Shown: piece by piece, positions 20,063 through 28,422 of the stretch | Layout: each line of letters opens with the position of its first letter | Position numbering within the stretch: position 1 is the stretch's first letter | Virus record (IMG/VR): IMGVR_UViG_3300018432_000013 | Location: 48,927-112,926 of that record | Reading direction: 5' to 3' (one strand) | DNA: 64,000 nucleotides | Source of the DNA: a virus | The notes under the pieces: model-generated | What the model was told of the DNA's origin: nothing | Database searches by the model: none | What the model saw: only the letters and a program-made list of their open reading frames with translations | Made by a program: the position numbers and the translations under genes

Positions 20063-20094
20063 TTGCGCGGATCGCGTTAGTCGTATCTAATAAT
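20063..20094 (+). promoter_or_regulatory. Sigma70-like promoter (related copies at 17569, 20979, 23036, 27596)
   Basis: TTGCGC-N17-TCTAAT; cgtatctaataatc shared with the 20979 copy. Confidence 0.55.
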
Positions 20095-20133
20095 CAAAGG
20101 TCGCAATCGAGCGACCGAACGGGAGCACGGAAC

Positions 20134-20391
20134 ATGCAGCATAAGCACGAAGTACGTTTGGTGTGCGGCAATCGCTACGATGCCGGTTTCACGGTTGTTT
20201 ATAGCAAGCGCGTCCGCTCTGAGGCATGCGCACTGCGGATTGCTCGCAAGCTTCGCGACCGCCATTGCGAGGAAACCCGAAGCGGCCGCAAGTGTCGCGA
20301 TTTTGTCGAAGTGGCGAATCGCGGTAGTGGTGAATGCCTGACGTTGGACGCAAACCTAGTCCCGAGTGTGGGCGAGCTCGGTTACTGGTGA
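20134..20391 (+). CDS. Cassette ORF, hypothetical
   Basis: ATG after acgggagcac. Confidence 0.6.
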   Translation: MQHKHEVRLVCGNRYDAGFTVVYSKRVRSEACALRIARKLRDRHCEETRSGRKCRDFVEVANRGSGECLTLDANLVPSVGELGYW

Positions 20392-20477
20392 TAGCGGCGC
20401 CTGCTGGCGCTGGTCTCGCGTAAGCGCGTTTGCCTCGCAAGCGCCTTTACTCGAGTCAAGCAACGGGAGCACGGAAC

Positions 20478-20954
20478 ATGGCCAAACAAACGAAAATCGA
20501 ATCTCACGAGCTTACCGCCCCTGCAAGTTGGGCAAGCTACTTGATCAATGGCGATGCCTCAGGATTCGATTACTACAATACGCCCAACGATGCCGCAGGC
20601 GATCGCGATCGGGAGGCTTGCGAAGCATGGATTGCGGCGCTTGCGGCCAATAACGCGCACGTAGTGAGCGCCAATGGTGAGCCGTTTTTCGCGCGCTATT
20701 GCGATGCCGATCGGGTAGTTTCCGGATTGCTTGCGGGCGACATGCTCACTTACCAGATCTTGCGGCATGCGCCGATCTACTACTCGCTGTCTATCCCGCA
20801 CTCGAGCACTCCCACGGAATGGCATCCAACCGAAGCAACGGGCCCGTTTGCCGTGCTTAGTCGCGGTGCATTTGCCACGGAAGCGGAAGCCCACGAATGG
20901 GCCCGCACTCATCTTGCGGGCCAGCCGTATAGCGTCCGGGAGTTTGCCGGCTAA
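20478..20954 (+). CDS. Cassette ORF, conserved phage early-type protein (WASYLINGDASG motif)
   Basis: ATG after acgggagcac; motif recalled from phage hypothetical proteins. Confidence 0.65.
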   Translation: MAKQTKIESHELTAPASWASYLINGDASGFDYYNTPNDAAGDRDREACEAWIAALAANNAHVVSANGEPFFARYCDADRVVSGLLAGDMLTYQILRHAPIYYSLSIPHSSTPTEWHPTEATGPFAVLSRGAFATEAEAHEWARTHLAGQPYSVREFAG

Positions 20955-21054
20955 TCTCTCGCGTATCGCGAAAGAGTGTTGACCGGGCCCGGCTATCTCG
21001 TATCTAATAATCTCATAGGCGCGCAAGTGAGCGAGCCGAACGGGAGCACGGGAA

Positions 21055-21252
21055 ATGGCCAGCCGCAAAATTGAGACTCTGATCGTGGAAACGCTAGCCG
21101 CACTTGAAATCGAACGCATGATCGCGGAAGCGATTGCGGAAGCGACGATCGGCGCCGCTATCGCGGAATGTCTAGCCCTCACCGATTTCGATTGCGAGCG
21201 CTCTTATGTGGGCCCGATCGTGGCTTGCTCAGATATCGCACTTGCCGCATAA
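21055..21252 (+). CDS. Cassette ORF, hypothetical
   Basis: ATG after acgggagcac. Confidence 0.55.
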   Translation: MASRKIETLIVETLAALEIERMIAEAIAEATIGAAIAECLALTDFDCERSYVGPIVACSDIALAA

Positions 21253-21261
21253 AGAAACCGC

Positions 21262-21288
21262 TAAAGCGATACGCGATAGTGCCGATAA
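21262..21288 (+). promoter_or_regulatory. Sigma28-type promoter, copy 5 (exact consensus)
   Basis: TAAA-N15-GCCGATAA. Confidence 0.8.
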
Positions 21289-21332
21289 CTAAGTGTGAGG
21301 CGCAAGCAAGCGCCCGAACGGGAGCACGCAAC

Positions 21333-21773
21333 ATGGCAACGAAGTACAAGCTAGTCTCTGGTGATGTGTCCGGCGCGCCCGCACTGTATGCGGCGCGAAT
21401 CGACGAAACCACGTTCGCGGTTTACGAGATCAATGAATGGGAGGATCTCGATTCCTCCGCGGTCGAGACTCACGGGAAATACAACGTTCAGGCGGGAATC
21501 GTCGATGTGCGCGGTTTCGACAGCCACACACAGATTCCCGGCTATTTTTCGGATAGCGTGCGGAGCGCGCTGCAATCGTGCGGCTGGGAAATCGACGGCA
21601 GCGGCAATATCTGGTGTCCTTACAGTGGTGACATTGTCGTCCAAGCTGGCTCGCCCGCATTCGAACTGTGTCTAGTCGAATGCCTGTGGCAGTACGGGGC
21701 AAAAGATGTTGCGGCCGATGTGTCCGGCGATAACTTGCGCAAGCTCGTGCGGGAAGCGCGCGCGGCAGTCTGA
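21333..21773 (+). CDS. Cassette ORF, acidic hypothetical
   Basis: ATG after acgggagcac. Confidence 0.65.
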   Translation: MATKYKLVSGDVSGAPALYAARIDETTFAVYEINEWEDLDSSAVETHGKYNVQAGIVDVRGFDSHTQIPGYFSDSVRSALQSCGWEIDGSGNIWCPYSGDIVVQAGSPAFELCLVECLWQYGAKDVAADVSGDNLRKLVREARAAV

Positions 21774-21797
21774 TACCGGCTAGTGGCGCTAGCGCCT

Positions 21798-21859
21798 TTA
21801 CTTGAATCGAACGGGCCCGCTCTTTTTCGATTCAAGTAAGCGCGGCAAGCGGACGATAA
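21798..21859 (+). promoter_or_regulatory. Sigma28-type promoter, copy 6, inside a 14-bp inverted repeat
   Basis: ttacttgaatcgaa...ttcgattcaagtaa; TCAA-N16-GACGATAA. Confidence 0.65.
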
Positions 21860-21902
21860 CAATGGTGAGGCGCAAGCAAGCGCCCGAACGGGAGCACGCA
21901 AC

Positions 21903-22367
21903 ATGGCAACGATTACGTGGAACATGGGCAGCAACGTGGAAGCGGTCTCAATCAAAACGGCTAGCGCGCTCGAAATCGCGATCGCAACCATCGTTGCAGA
22001 GCACGCCGATAGCTACCCGGACACGGGAGCCGTTGGATTCCTTAAGGATCTCGCGTACGGCGGTTGCGAGTCCGGCATGGTGGGCGAGCTTGTCTACTAC
22101 CGCGATACGTGCGCCTTTTATGAGACACATCGGCGCGAGATCGCCACGCTATTGAGCGAGATGCTTGCCGATGTAGGCGCAGACTCACCTCAAGGCCTGT
22201 TCGGTGAAAAGTGGGATCGCGAAGATCCGCTCGCATTGGAGGAAACGAATCAAAACTTGCTTGCGTGGTTCGCTTGCGAGGAAACGGCGCGCCGGTTGAC
22301 GCAACTTGCGCGTGAGAGCTTGCCGGATGCGAGCGCTGGCGCGCGCGCGCTTGAAACACTCCTCTAG
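21903..22367 (+). CDS. Cassette ORF, acidic conserved phage protein
   Basis: GCESGMVGELVYYRDTCAFY...NLLAWFACEETAR motif. Confidence 0.7.
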   Translation: MATITWNMGSNVEAVSIKTASALEIAIATIVAEHADSYPDTGAVGFLKDLAYGGCESGMVGELVYYRDTCAFYETHRREIATLLSEMLADVGADSPQGLFGEKWDREDPLALEETNQNLLAWFACEETARRLTQLARESLPDASAGARALETLL

Positions 22368-22390
22368 TCGCTACTTGCTCCCGTGGCGCA

Positions 22391-22440
22391 GCGAATCGGG
22401 CCCGCACTCTGCAAAACGAGTGCGGGCCCGATTCGCGTTT
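22391..22440 (+). terminator. 19-bp stem hairpin, possible terminator
   Basis: gcgaatcgggcccgcactc / gagtgcgggcccgattcgc, then gttt. Confidence 0.55.
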
Positions 22441-22454
22441 GCGGTTCGTTTGCG

Positions 22455-22930
22455 GCCGCTGGCGCTGGCTCCCGTGGCAACGCTGGCTCCCGTGCTCCCG
22501 TGGCGGCGCTGGCTTCCCGAGCGGCGCTGGCGCTGGCTTGCCGTGCTCCCGTGCTCCCGAGCGGCGCTGGCGCTGACCTTGCTCCCGTGGCGTGCTCCCG
22601 AGCGGCGCTGGCTTGCCGTGGCGCTGGCTTGCCGTGCTTCCCGAACGGCGCTGGCGTTCAAACTAGCCTCCCATGCGCCTCGGGAAGGCGCGCCAGCGCC
22701 AGCGGCTAGCCGGACATAGCCGCACGCTACGCTGGCGCCGCTTGCGAGCAGCTAGCGCGCTTCCCGTGCTTCCCGTGCTTCCCGTGGCGCTGGCTCCCGT
22801 GCTCCCATGCTCCCGTGCGGCGCTGGCTCCCGTGGCTGGCTCCCGTGGCTGGCTCCCGTGGCTGGCTCCCGTGGCGCTGGCGCTGGCACTGGCTTGCCGT
22901 GTTCCCGAGCGGCGCTGGCTTCCCGTGGCA
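22455..22930. repeat. Low-complexity repeat tract of gctcccgtg / ggcgctggc units
   Basis: Includes about four tandem copies of the 13-mer gctggctcccgtg (around 22822-22873). Confidence 0.8.
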
Positions 22931-22964
22931 TTGCCGCGACTTGCGAGAATCTTTCTTTTTCGAT

Positions 22965-22992
22965 TCAAGTAAACGCGGCAAGCGGCCGATAA
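22965..22992 (+). promoter_or_regulatory. Sigma28-type promoter, copy 7
   Basis: TCAA-N16-GCCGATAA. Confidence 0.65.
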
Positions 22993-23086
22993 CTTAGGTG
23001 AGGCCAGCGAGACGCTAGCCGGATGCGGAAAAAGATTGACGGCAAACGAGCAGACCGGCTAATCTGATACTAGAAAGAGCGAGCAG

Positions 23087-23269
23087 ATGAAAAAGCCAAC
23101 CAAGTATGTGTACGAATACATCGTACAGGGCCACTACGGTCAGGGATGGGAAGACCTGACCGCGCACGACACGCGCAAAGCGGCACGCGACGAGCGGCGC
23201 GTGTACGCGGCAAACGAGCCGGGCCCGCATCGGGTCATCTTCAGGCGCTCTCTCCGGCACACGGTTTGA
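23087..23269 (+). CDS. Cassette ORF, conserved small phage protein (VQGxYGxGWED motif)
   Basis: 60-aa ORF after a sigma70-like promoter. Confidence 0.65.
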   Translation: MKKPTKYVYEYIVQGHYGQGWEDLTAHDTRKAARDERRVYAANEPGPHRVIFRRSLRHTV

Positions 23270-23390
23270 GCACACGGGATCTCGCACACGGGATCTGCAC
23301 ACGGGTTGAGCCCTGCACACGAGCACACGGTCTCGCGCACACGGCTCAGAACGCGAGCACGCGGTCTGACAGCACACGGGAGCACGAATC

Positions 23391-23702
23391 ATGGCAATGA
23401 ACGCTGACATCGAACACGCGCGCACACGGCTTCTCGCGGTCCTCTCGGAGGGCTCAAAAGTCTACTGCGTACTTCGCACACGGTCTAAGTCGGGAATGTC
23501 GCGCACGGTGTCTTTCTTCACCTACCACGACGGGCACATGGTTTGGCTTGACGGCTACATGCACACGGTTTGCGGCTTCGCCCGCAAAGGCGATTCGCTG
23601 GTCATCAAGGGTGTTGGGCAGGACGCGGGGTTGCACGCGGTTTCGACGCTAGCCGCGAAGCTCTTCGGCCGCTCCGATGCGCTAGGCCACGAGTGGCTCT
23701 GA
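23391..23702 (+). CDS. Cassette ORF, conserved phage protein (VY..LR..S.SGMSR motif)
   Basis: ATG after acgggagcac. Confidence 0.7.
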   Translation: MAMNADIEHARTRLLAVLSEGSKVYCVLRTRSKSGMSRTVSFFTYHDGHMVWLDGYMHTVCGFARKGDSLVIKGVGQDAGLHAVSTLAAKLFGRSDALGHEWL

Positions 23703-23810
23703 ACTGAACATGCACGCGGGATCGCGCGCTGAGGTTCTCTCGCAATCCGCACACGGGATCGCGCTCGAATCTGAGCACACGGGCTCAACTTTCACGGGAG
23801 CACACGGCAC

Positions 23811-24074
23811 ATGGAAAAACATTACAGCTACGGTTCAGGCTCAACGGGCTGCATGTACGATTCAGGCCCGCACACGGCTTCGACTCTCGAAGACGCAATC
23901 GAAGGCGCGCTGTGTATCTTCGACGACCTTAGCGACGGCGCGCTCGCTTGTGCACGCGCGGATCTACTCGCACACGGGATCCACTACTTCCCTGAACTAG
24001 TACGCGGATACGCTGGCGCCGATTACGTCGAAGTGGTCGAGCAAGCCGGTCCCTGCCCTGAGTCCGACGACTGA
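23811..24074 (+). CDS. Cassette ORF, hypothetical
   Basis: Flanked by repeats. Confidence 0.7.
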   Translation: MEKHYSYGSGSTGCMYDSGPHTASTLEDAIEGALCIFDDLSDGALACARADLLAHGIHYFPELVRGYAGADYVEVVEQAGPCPESDD

Positions 24075-24185
24075 ACGCACACGGGATCGCACGCGAGGAT
24101 CGCGCGCTGAGATTCTTCCGCCAGCCTGCACACGGCTTGCGCTCGAATCTGAGCACACGGGCTCAACTTTCACGGGAGCACGAAC

Positions 24186-24377
24186 ATGGGAAACATGAAG
24201 CACTACACGCTACAGATTCGCAAGCCTGGCCGCGCATATCGCACGGTCGAGACTTCGACCGACGCCGCATCGATTCGCTGGGCTTTCGACCAGCACTTGG
24301 TGCCTTACGGTGAGAGCAGCGTGCGAATCTTGGACACGAACGGCGCAGTCATCATGCGCGCCACGCCAAAGCAGTAA
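24186..24377 (+). CDS. Cassette ORF, hypothetical
   Basis: Flanked by repeats. Confidence 0.65.
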   Translation: MGNMKHYTLQIRKPGRAYRTVETSTDAASIRWAFDQHLVPYGESSVRILDTNGAVIMRATPKQ

Positions 24378-24480
24378 CGCACACGGGATCGCACGCGGGA
24401 TCGCGCGCTGAGATTCTCTCGCAATCCGCACACGGGATCGCGCTCGAATCTGAGCACACGGGCTCTAAGGAGTAAGACAC

Positions 24481-24849
24481 ATGGCAAGGCAGCGCAAACT
24501 TGGTTCACGGCAGAAGGCAAACGCGGACGCTGCATTCCTGGCCGCATTCGAGCGCGCAATGGTACTACTCGGCGCCACGAAGCGCGCGGACTGGACGTGG
24601 ACAGCACATGAGTACGAAATCGAAACGCGTGCAGGTCGACTCGGCATCACGGGTTATCCCACGTCGCTCTCGGAGCCAGGCGGTTGGGTGGCGATGCGCT
24701 TCGACGACACCGAGCGCGCGAACACACTCGGACTCGGACAGCTCCTCAACAGGAATAGCGGCAAGTACAACGTAGATAGCCTGTACGGCTGCTCAGACGC
24801 GACCGAAGTTACCGACACGATCATGCGCCACGTACAGCGCGCGCTCTGA
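24481..24849 (+). CDS. Cassette ORF, hypothetical
   Basis: TAAGGAG RBS; flanked by repeats. Confidence 0.7.
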   Translation: MARQRKLGSRQKANADAAFLAAFERAMVLLGATKRADWTWTAHEYEIETRAGRLGITGYPTSLSEPGGWVAMRFDDTERANTLGLGQLLNRNSGKYNVDSLYGCSDATEVTDTIMRHVQRAL

Positions 24850-24956
24850 AAGATTGCGCACGCGGGATCGCGCGCTGAAATCTGCACACGGGCTTGCCTC
24901 GCACGCGGTCTGCAGATTTGAGCACACGGGCTCAACTTTCACGGGAGCACACGGTC

Positions 24957-25142
24957 ATGAAATACATCCTGAAGCAAGAGACGAACGACGGGATTTGGAC
25001 TAGCGAAGCGTTCGAGGCGCCGCACGAGCACGCGGTAAAGCAAGCGGTCGTCGCCGGCTACCTGAACGGCTCGGCACGCTGGGCAGAGACGCTCGACGGC
25101 ACGCGCATCTACGGCCTAGACAAAAAAGGAAAGCAGCTCTGA
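24957..25142 (+). CDS. Cassette ORF, hypothetical
   Basis: ATG after acgggagcac; flanked by repeats. Confidence 0.65.
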   Translation: MKYILKQETNDGIWTSEAFEAPHEHAVKQAVVAGYLNGSARWAETLDGTRIYGLDKKGKQL

Positions 25143-25255
25143 GTCGCACACGGGATCGCACGCGGGATCGCGCGCTGAGATTCTTTCGCCAGCCTTGCAC
25201 ACGGCTTGCGCTCGAATCTGAGCACACGGGCTCAACTTTCACGGGAGCACGGAAC

Positions 25256-25480
25256 ATGGAAAAAGACACAAGCCACCTAGGCGCGCTACAGGTTCGCCTC
25301 TCGCACGAACGAAACCGCCTGAACGCAGCGAAGACGGAAGGCGAGCGCGAACTTCGCCAAGTCTGGGTCGCTCAGATTGAAAAGGAAATCGCAGGCGAGA
25401 AGGCTTTCCTCGGGATGGTTGACGAATCTCCTACGACTGAGATGAGCGCTGACGACCTTCTCGCTGAACTTCTCGCCTGA
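25256..25480 (+). CDS. Cassette ORF, hypothetical coiled-coil protein
   Basis: Flanked by repeats. Confidence 0.7.
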   Translation: MEKDTSHLGALQVRLSHERNRLNAAKTEGERELRQVWVAQIEKEIAGEKAFLGMVDESPTTEMSADDLLAELLA

Positions 25481-25584
25481 ACCTGCACGCGGGATCGCGC
25501 GCTGAGATTCAACCGCCAGCCTGCACACGGCTTGCGCTCGAATCTGAGCACACGGGGCTCAACGCACACGGGAGTTTACGAAAC

Positions 25585-25800
25585 ATGGAAACGAAAAAGC
25601 AGCACACGGCGCCAGTTCTTAGGCTCGCTTCGGTTCGGCGGACGCGCACACTCTTCGTGCTGCGCTACGAAGAGGGACAGGGCGAGAGGCGCAAAGGTGA
25701 TTATCTCTACCTGCTCACGCGGGATCGCGCAGACAAGGTCATCGACCGCGCGCGCCGCCTTGGAATCCGCGTCTTTCGGATCCCCTACCGCATTCGCTGA
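25585..25800 (+). CDS. Cassette ORF, basic hypothetical
   Basis: Flanked by repeats. Confidence 0.6.
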   Translation: METKKQHTAPVLRLASVRRTRTLFVLRYEEGQGERRKGDYLYLLTRDRADKVIDRARRLGIRVFRIPYRIR

Positions 25801-26203
25801 CTCGCACACGGGATCTCGCACACGGTTTCGTGCATAGCAGACTGCGCTTCGGGTTTGGGGCCTCCATCGTGCTCCCACACTCGCCCAAACTACGAAGCGC
25901 TCTCTGCTGCACACGAACTCCGCACACGGCACGCACCTCGCACACACGGATTTCCAATTAAGTTCTACGCCACGTACGAATACGTCACACGCATGCACGC
26001 GGTAGTCACGCTAACGGACGAGCAAAAACAACTTTGCCGGTGCTTACCGCGTCGAGTACCGACCCGGCCACAACATCTACGAAACAAGCTTCAAACACGC
26101 CGAGCAAGCCGCAGCCCTCAAAGGCGGTCGGCTTGAGCGGTTCACCCGGGTCTGAAGCACACGGCACGCACCTCGCACACGGCATTCAAGGAGGAACACG
26201 GCA

Positions 26204-26461
26204 ATGGCACACGGATTCACACGCGACTGCCTCGTCTCAATCATCTACGACGTGCTCGACAAGCGCTGGGACGGCGACATGAGCCCATACAAAATCTCAG
26301 AAGTCGCAGCCGACGCACTCATCACAGCCGGCATCGAGGTCGCTACAGAACCGAGCGAAGAAGAGCGCGAGATTGCCGCATGCGAAGCGCGCGCCGAGCT
26401 CGATGAGTACCTGCTCGATCTTCACAACGATCAACTCGCTGACGAGGCGATGGGCAAATGA
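26204..26461 (+). CDS. Acidic hypothetical protein
   Basis: AAGGAGG RBS. Confidence 0.65.
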   Translation: MAHGFTRDCLVSIIYDVLDKRWDGDMSPYKISEVAADALITAGIEVATEPSEEEREIAACEARAELDEYLLDLHNDQLADEAMGK

Positions 26462-26649
26462 ACGACGAAGAACGCAAGAAACTACTGCGCTCGGCTATGC
26501 TTGCCTGCCGCAGTCCGATGTACACGATGCACATCGAGACGCGCGAGCAACTTCTCGCGGGCCTCGAACACGCGAACATCAGCGCAGCCGATCTCGTTCG
26601 TTTTGCCATCGACACGCACCGCAAAAACAGCTGAAGGAAACCCGCCACC

Positions 26650-26940
26650 ATGCCAACGCCCACCCCCATCAAGCTCACGCTCGTACGCGCAGGCCTCGAA
26701 GCCATCGAGCGGCACGTAGAGAAGATTCCCTATCACGCAAACCTCATCCGCTCCGACCTCGAAGCGAGCTACCTGGAGCGCGAGCGCGCGCTCTTCATCT
26801 CGCAGCAGTGCGTCAGCATCCGCGATGCGCTCGCGAGCGCTCTGCGCGCAATCAACGCGATCGACAAGGACGCGCAGCAATACCTTGCCGAGACCGATCC
26901 GAACCCTTCATCTCACGCCCGACTCCCGAATAAAGATTGA
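26650..26940 (+). CDS. Hypothetical protein
   Basis: AAGGA RBS. Confidence 0.6.
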   Translation: MPTPTPIKLTLVRAGLEAIERHVEKIPYHANLIRSDLEASYLERERALFISQQCVSIRDALASALRAINAIDKDAQQYLAETDPNPSSHARLPNKD

Positions 26941-26971
26941 CGGTGCTACCGGCGGTGCTACCATGGCTGCT

Positions 26972-27193
26972 ATGGCTACCGTCCACAAGATCAGCATCTC
27001 GCTCGGCTCTGAAGACCTCGAATGGGCACGCAAAAAGGCCGAAGAAACTGCGAGTAGTGTCTCCGCAGTGATGAGCGGCGCACTGCGCCGGGAGCAACAA
27101 CACGAAGCGCGACTAAAGCTTCTCGAGTGGCTCGGTACGGACGACATCACCGAAGCAGACCGTGAAGCCATACGCCTAGAACTACGCTCGTGA
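26972..27193 (+). CDS. vapB: Ribbon-helix-helix antitoxin (VapB-like)
   Basis: KISISL...LEWARKKA...SVSAVM; overlaps the PIN gene by 4 bp; promoter TTGACG..TACCAT with direct repeats cggtgctacc. Confidence 0.75.
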   Translation: MATVHKISISLGSEDLEWARKKAEETASSVSAVMSGALRREQQHEARLKLLEWLGTDDITEADREAIRLELRS

Positions 27194-27567
27194 CACGCGG
27201 CATTACGTTCGACACGGGCGCACTGATCGCGCTTGAACGCCGCCAAAAACGCATGCGCAGCATCGTGACTGAAGCCACCCTTCAAGGTCTCACGATCACC
27301 ATTCCAGCTCCTGTGCTCACCGAGTGGTGGCGCAAACCAAGCGCAGCCCAGACGAATATTCTCCGCGCGTTCGAGGTGGAGCCGCTCACAGAACGCCTCG
27401 CAAAGCTCGCTGGTGAGGCCATCGAAAGCGTCGCACACGCAACACCCATCGACGCCATCGTGATGGCCAGCGCAGCATCACGAGGAGACATCGTGTTCAC
27501 GAGCGACTTCGACGATCTTGATCGCTTGCGCGCCTATTTTCCCAACGTCCGAGTCTTACGCACATGA
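27190..27567 (+). CDS. vapC: PIN-domain toxin
   Basis: FDTGALIALE...VLTEW...IDAIVMASA...TSDFDDL. Confidence 0.88.
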   Translation: MTRGITFDTGALIALERRQKRMRSIVTEATLQGLTITIPAPVLTEWWRKPSAAQTNILRAFEVEPLTERLAKLAGEAIESVAHATPIDAIVMASAASRGDIVFTSDFDDLDRLRAYFPNVRVLRT

Positions 27568-27659
27568 CCTATCCGCTAATCAGAATCGAATAAGCTTGAC
27601 GGCCGCTCCGTTTATCAGATACGATTCAGAGGTCCAGTAACGAAAGCAGTACCCACCCC

Positions 27660-27860
27660 ATGAAGTCCAAAGTCGTCGTCGTGCTCGTGTTTCTCGGCTC
27701 GCTCAGCATCGGCTGGGCGACGGCTCCCGCACCCGCAGAGTGCCGCATGTGCCAGTCCAAGGCCTGCTCAAGCGATCGCAGCTGCGGCGACGCCTGCACG
27801 TGCGTGTGGCCTGACGGCAAGGACTACAAGCGCGGCGTCTGCGTGCGGATGGGGAGCTGA
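27660..27860 (+). CDS. Small secreted Cys-rich protein
   Basis: Signal peptide; CRMC..CSSDRSCGDACTC..C. Confidence 0.6.
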   Translation: MKSKVVVVLVFLGSLSIGWATAPAPAECRMCQSKACSSDRSCGDACTCVWPDGKDYKRGVCVRMGS

Positions 27861-27862
27861 AC

Positions 27863-28339
27863 GTGACCCAACACGAAGAGCGCGACCGACGCACGGGACG
27901 CTACGCACAGGGCGCGCTCTGCGACTACTGCGGCAAGCCCACCGGCGTCGAGTACTGCACCGACGACGAAGTATGCGGCGCAAGCGACGGGCCTGGTTTT
28001 CTGCTCTGCAGCCGCAAAGGCTGCATCAAGGCTCGCATCCAGCTGAACGTGAAAGCGCGCGACGCGATCTACACGGCGCAACGTGCGCTGAACGAGGGCA
28101 GGGCTGCGCCTGCACTCACGCTGGCGGTGCACAGCGTGCTCGCAGCCGCGTATCCAGGCGGCAAGCGCGCCGACCCGAAGGTCATGCTCACGCACGTGGC
28201 CCAAGATCACGACTTCGATACGGCGCTCTGCGGGCGCGTGCGTGCAGGTGCGCTCTGCGACGTCGAAGAGGAGGGCCCGCCAACCTGCACCACCTGCGCA
28301 CAAATCATGGCGCGCCTGCAAAGCACCTCGACGACGTAA
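27863..28339 (+). CDS. Cys-rich (Zn-finger) hypothetical protein
   Basis: CDYC...C..CxxC motifs. Confidence 0.6.
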   Translation: MTQHEERDRRTGRYAQGALCDYCGKPTGVEYCTDDEVCGASDGPGFLLCSRKGCIKARIQLNVKARDAIYTAQRALNEGRAAPALTLAVHSVLAAAYPGGKRADPKVMLTHVAQDHDFDTALCGRVRAGALCDVEEEGPPTCTTCAQIMARLQSTSTT

Positions 28340-28422
28340 GCCACCACCCTGAGCAGCGCGATAGTGCTCAAGCTCCACCCGCTCTTATCCGATACTAAGA
28401 AGTAAGAGGTCCCCGAAGTCCA

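Larger units (their letters stand above)
23270..26203 (+). repeat. Interspersed ~110-bp direct repeat family rich in GCACACGG, separating single ORFs
   Basis: Near-full copies at about 23710, 24075, 24377, 24857, 25143 and 25481; degenerate copies at about 23270, 25801, 25908 and 26155. Confidence 0.9.

Noticed and set aside
22375-22935. CsrB-like sponge RNA, or protein-coding ORFs in the low-complexity tract
   Set aside because: The motif is CGGGA rather than ANGGA; the ORFs are repeat artefacts without an RBS
23270-26203. Interpreting the cassette repeats as a CRISPR array or true integron attC sites
   Set aside because: Intervening sequences are whole genes, no RYYYAAC/GTTRRRY ends or integrase were seen, and only 8 nt (GCGCTGAG) are shared with the CRISPR repeat
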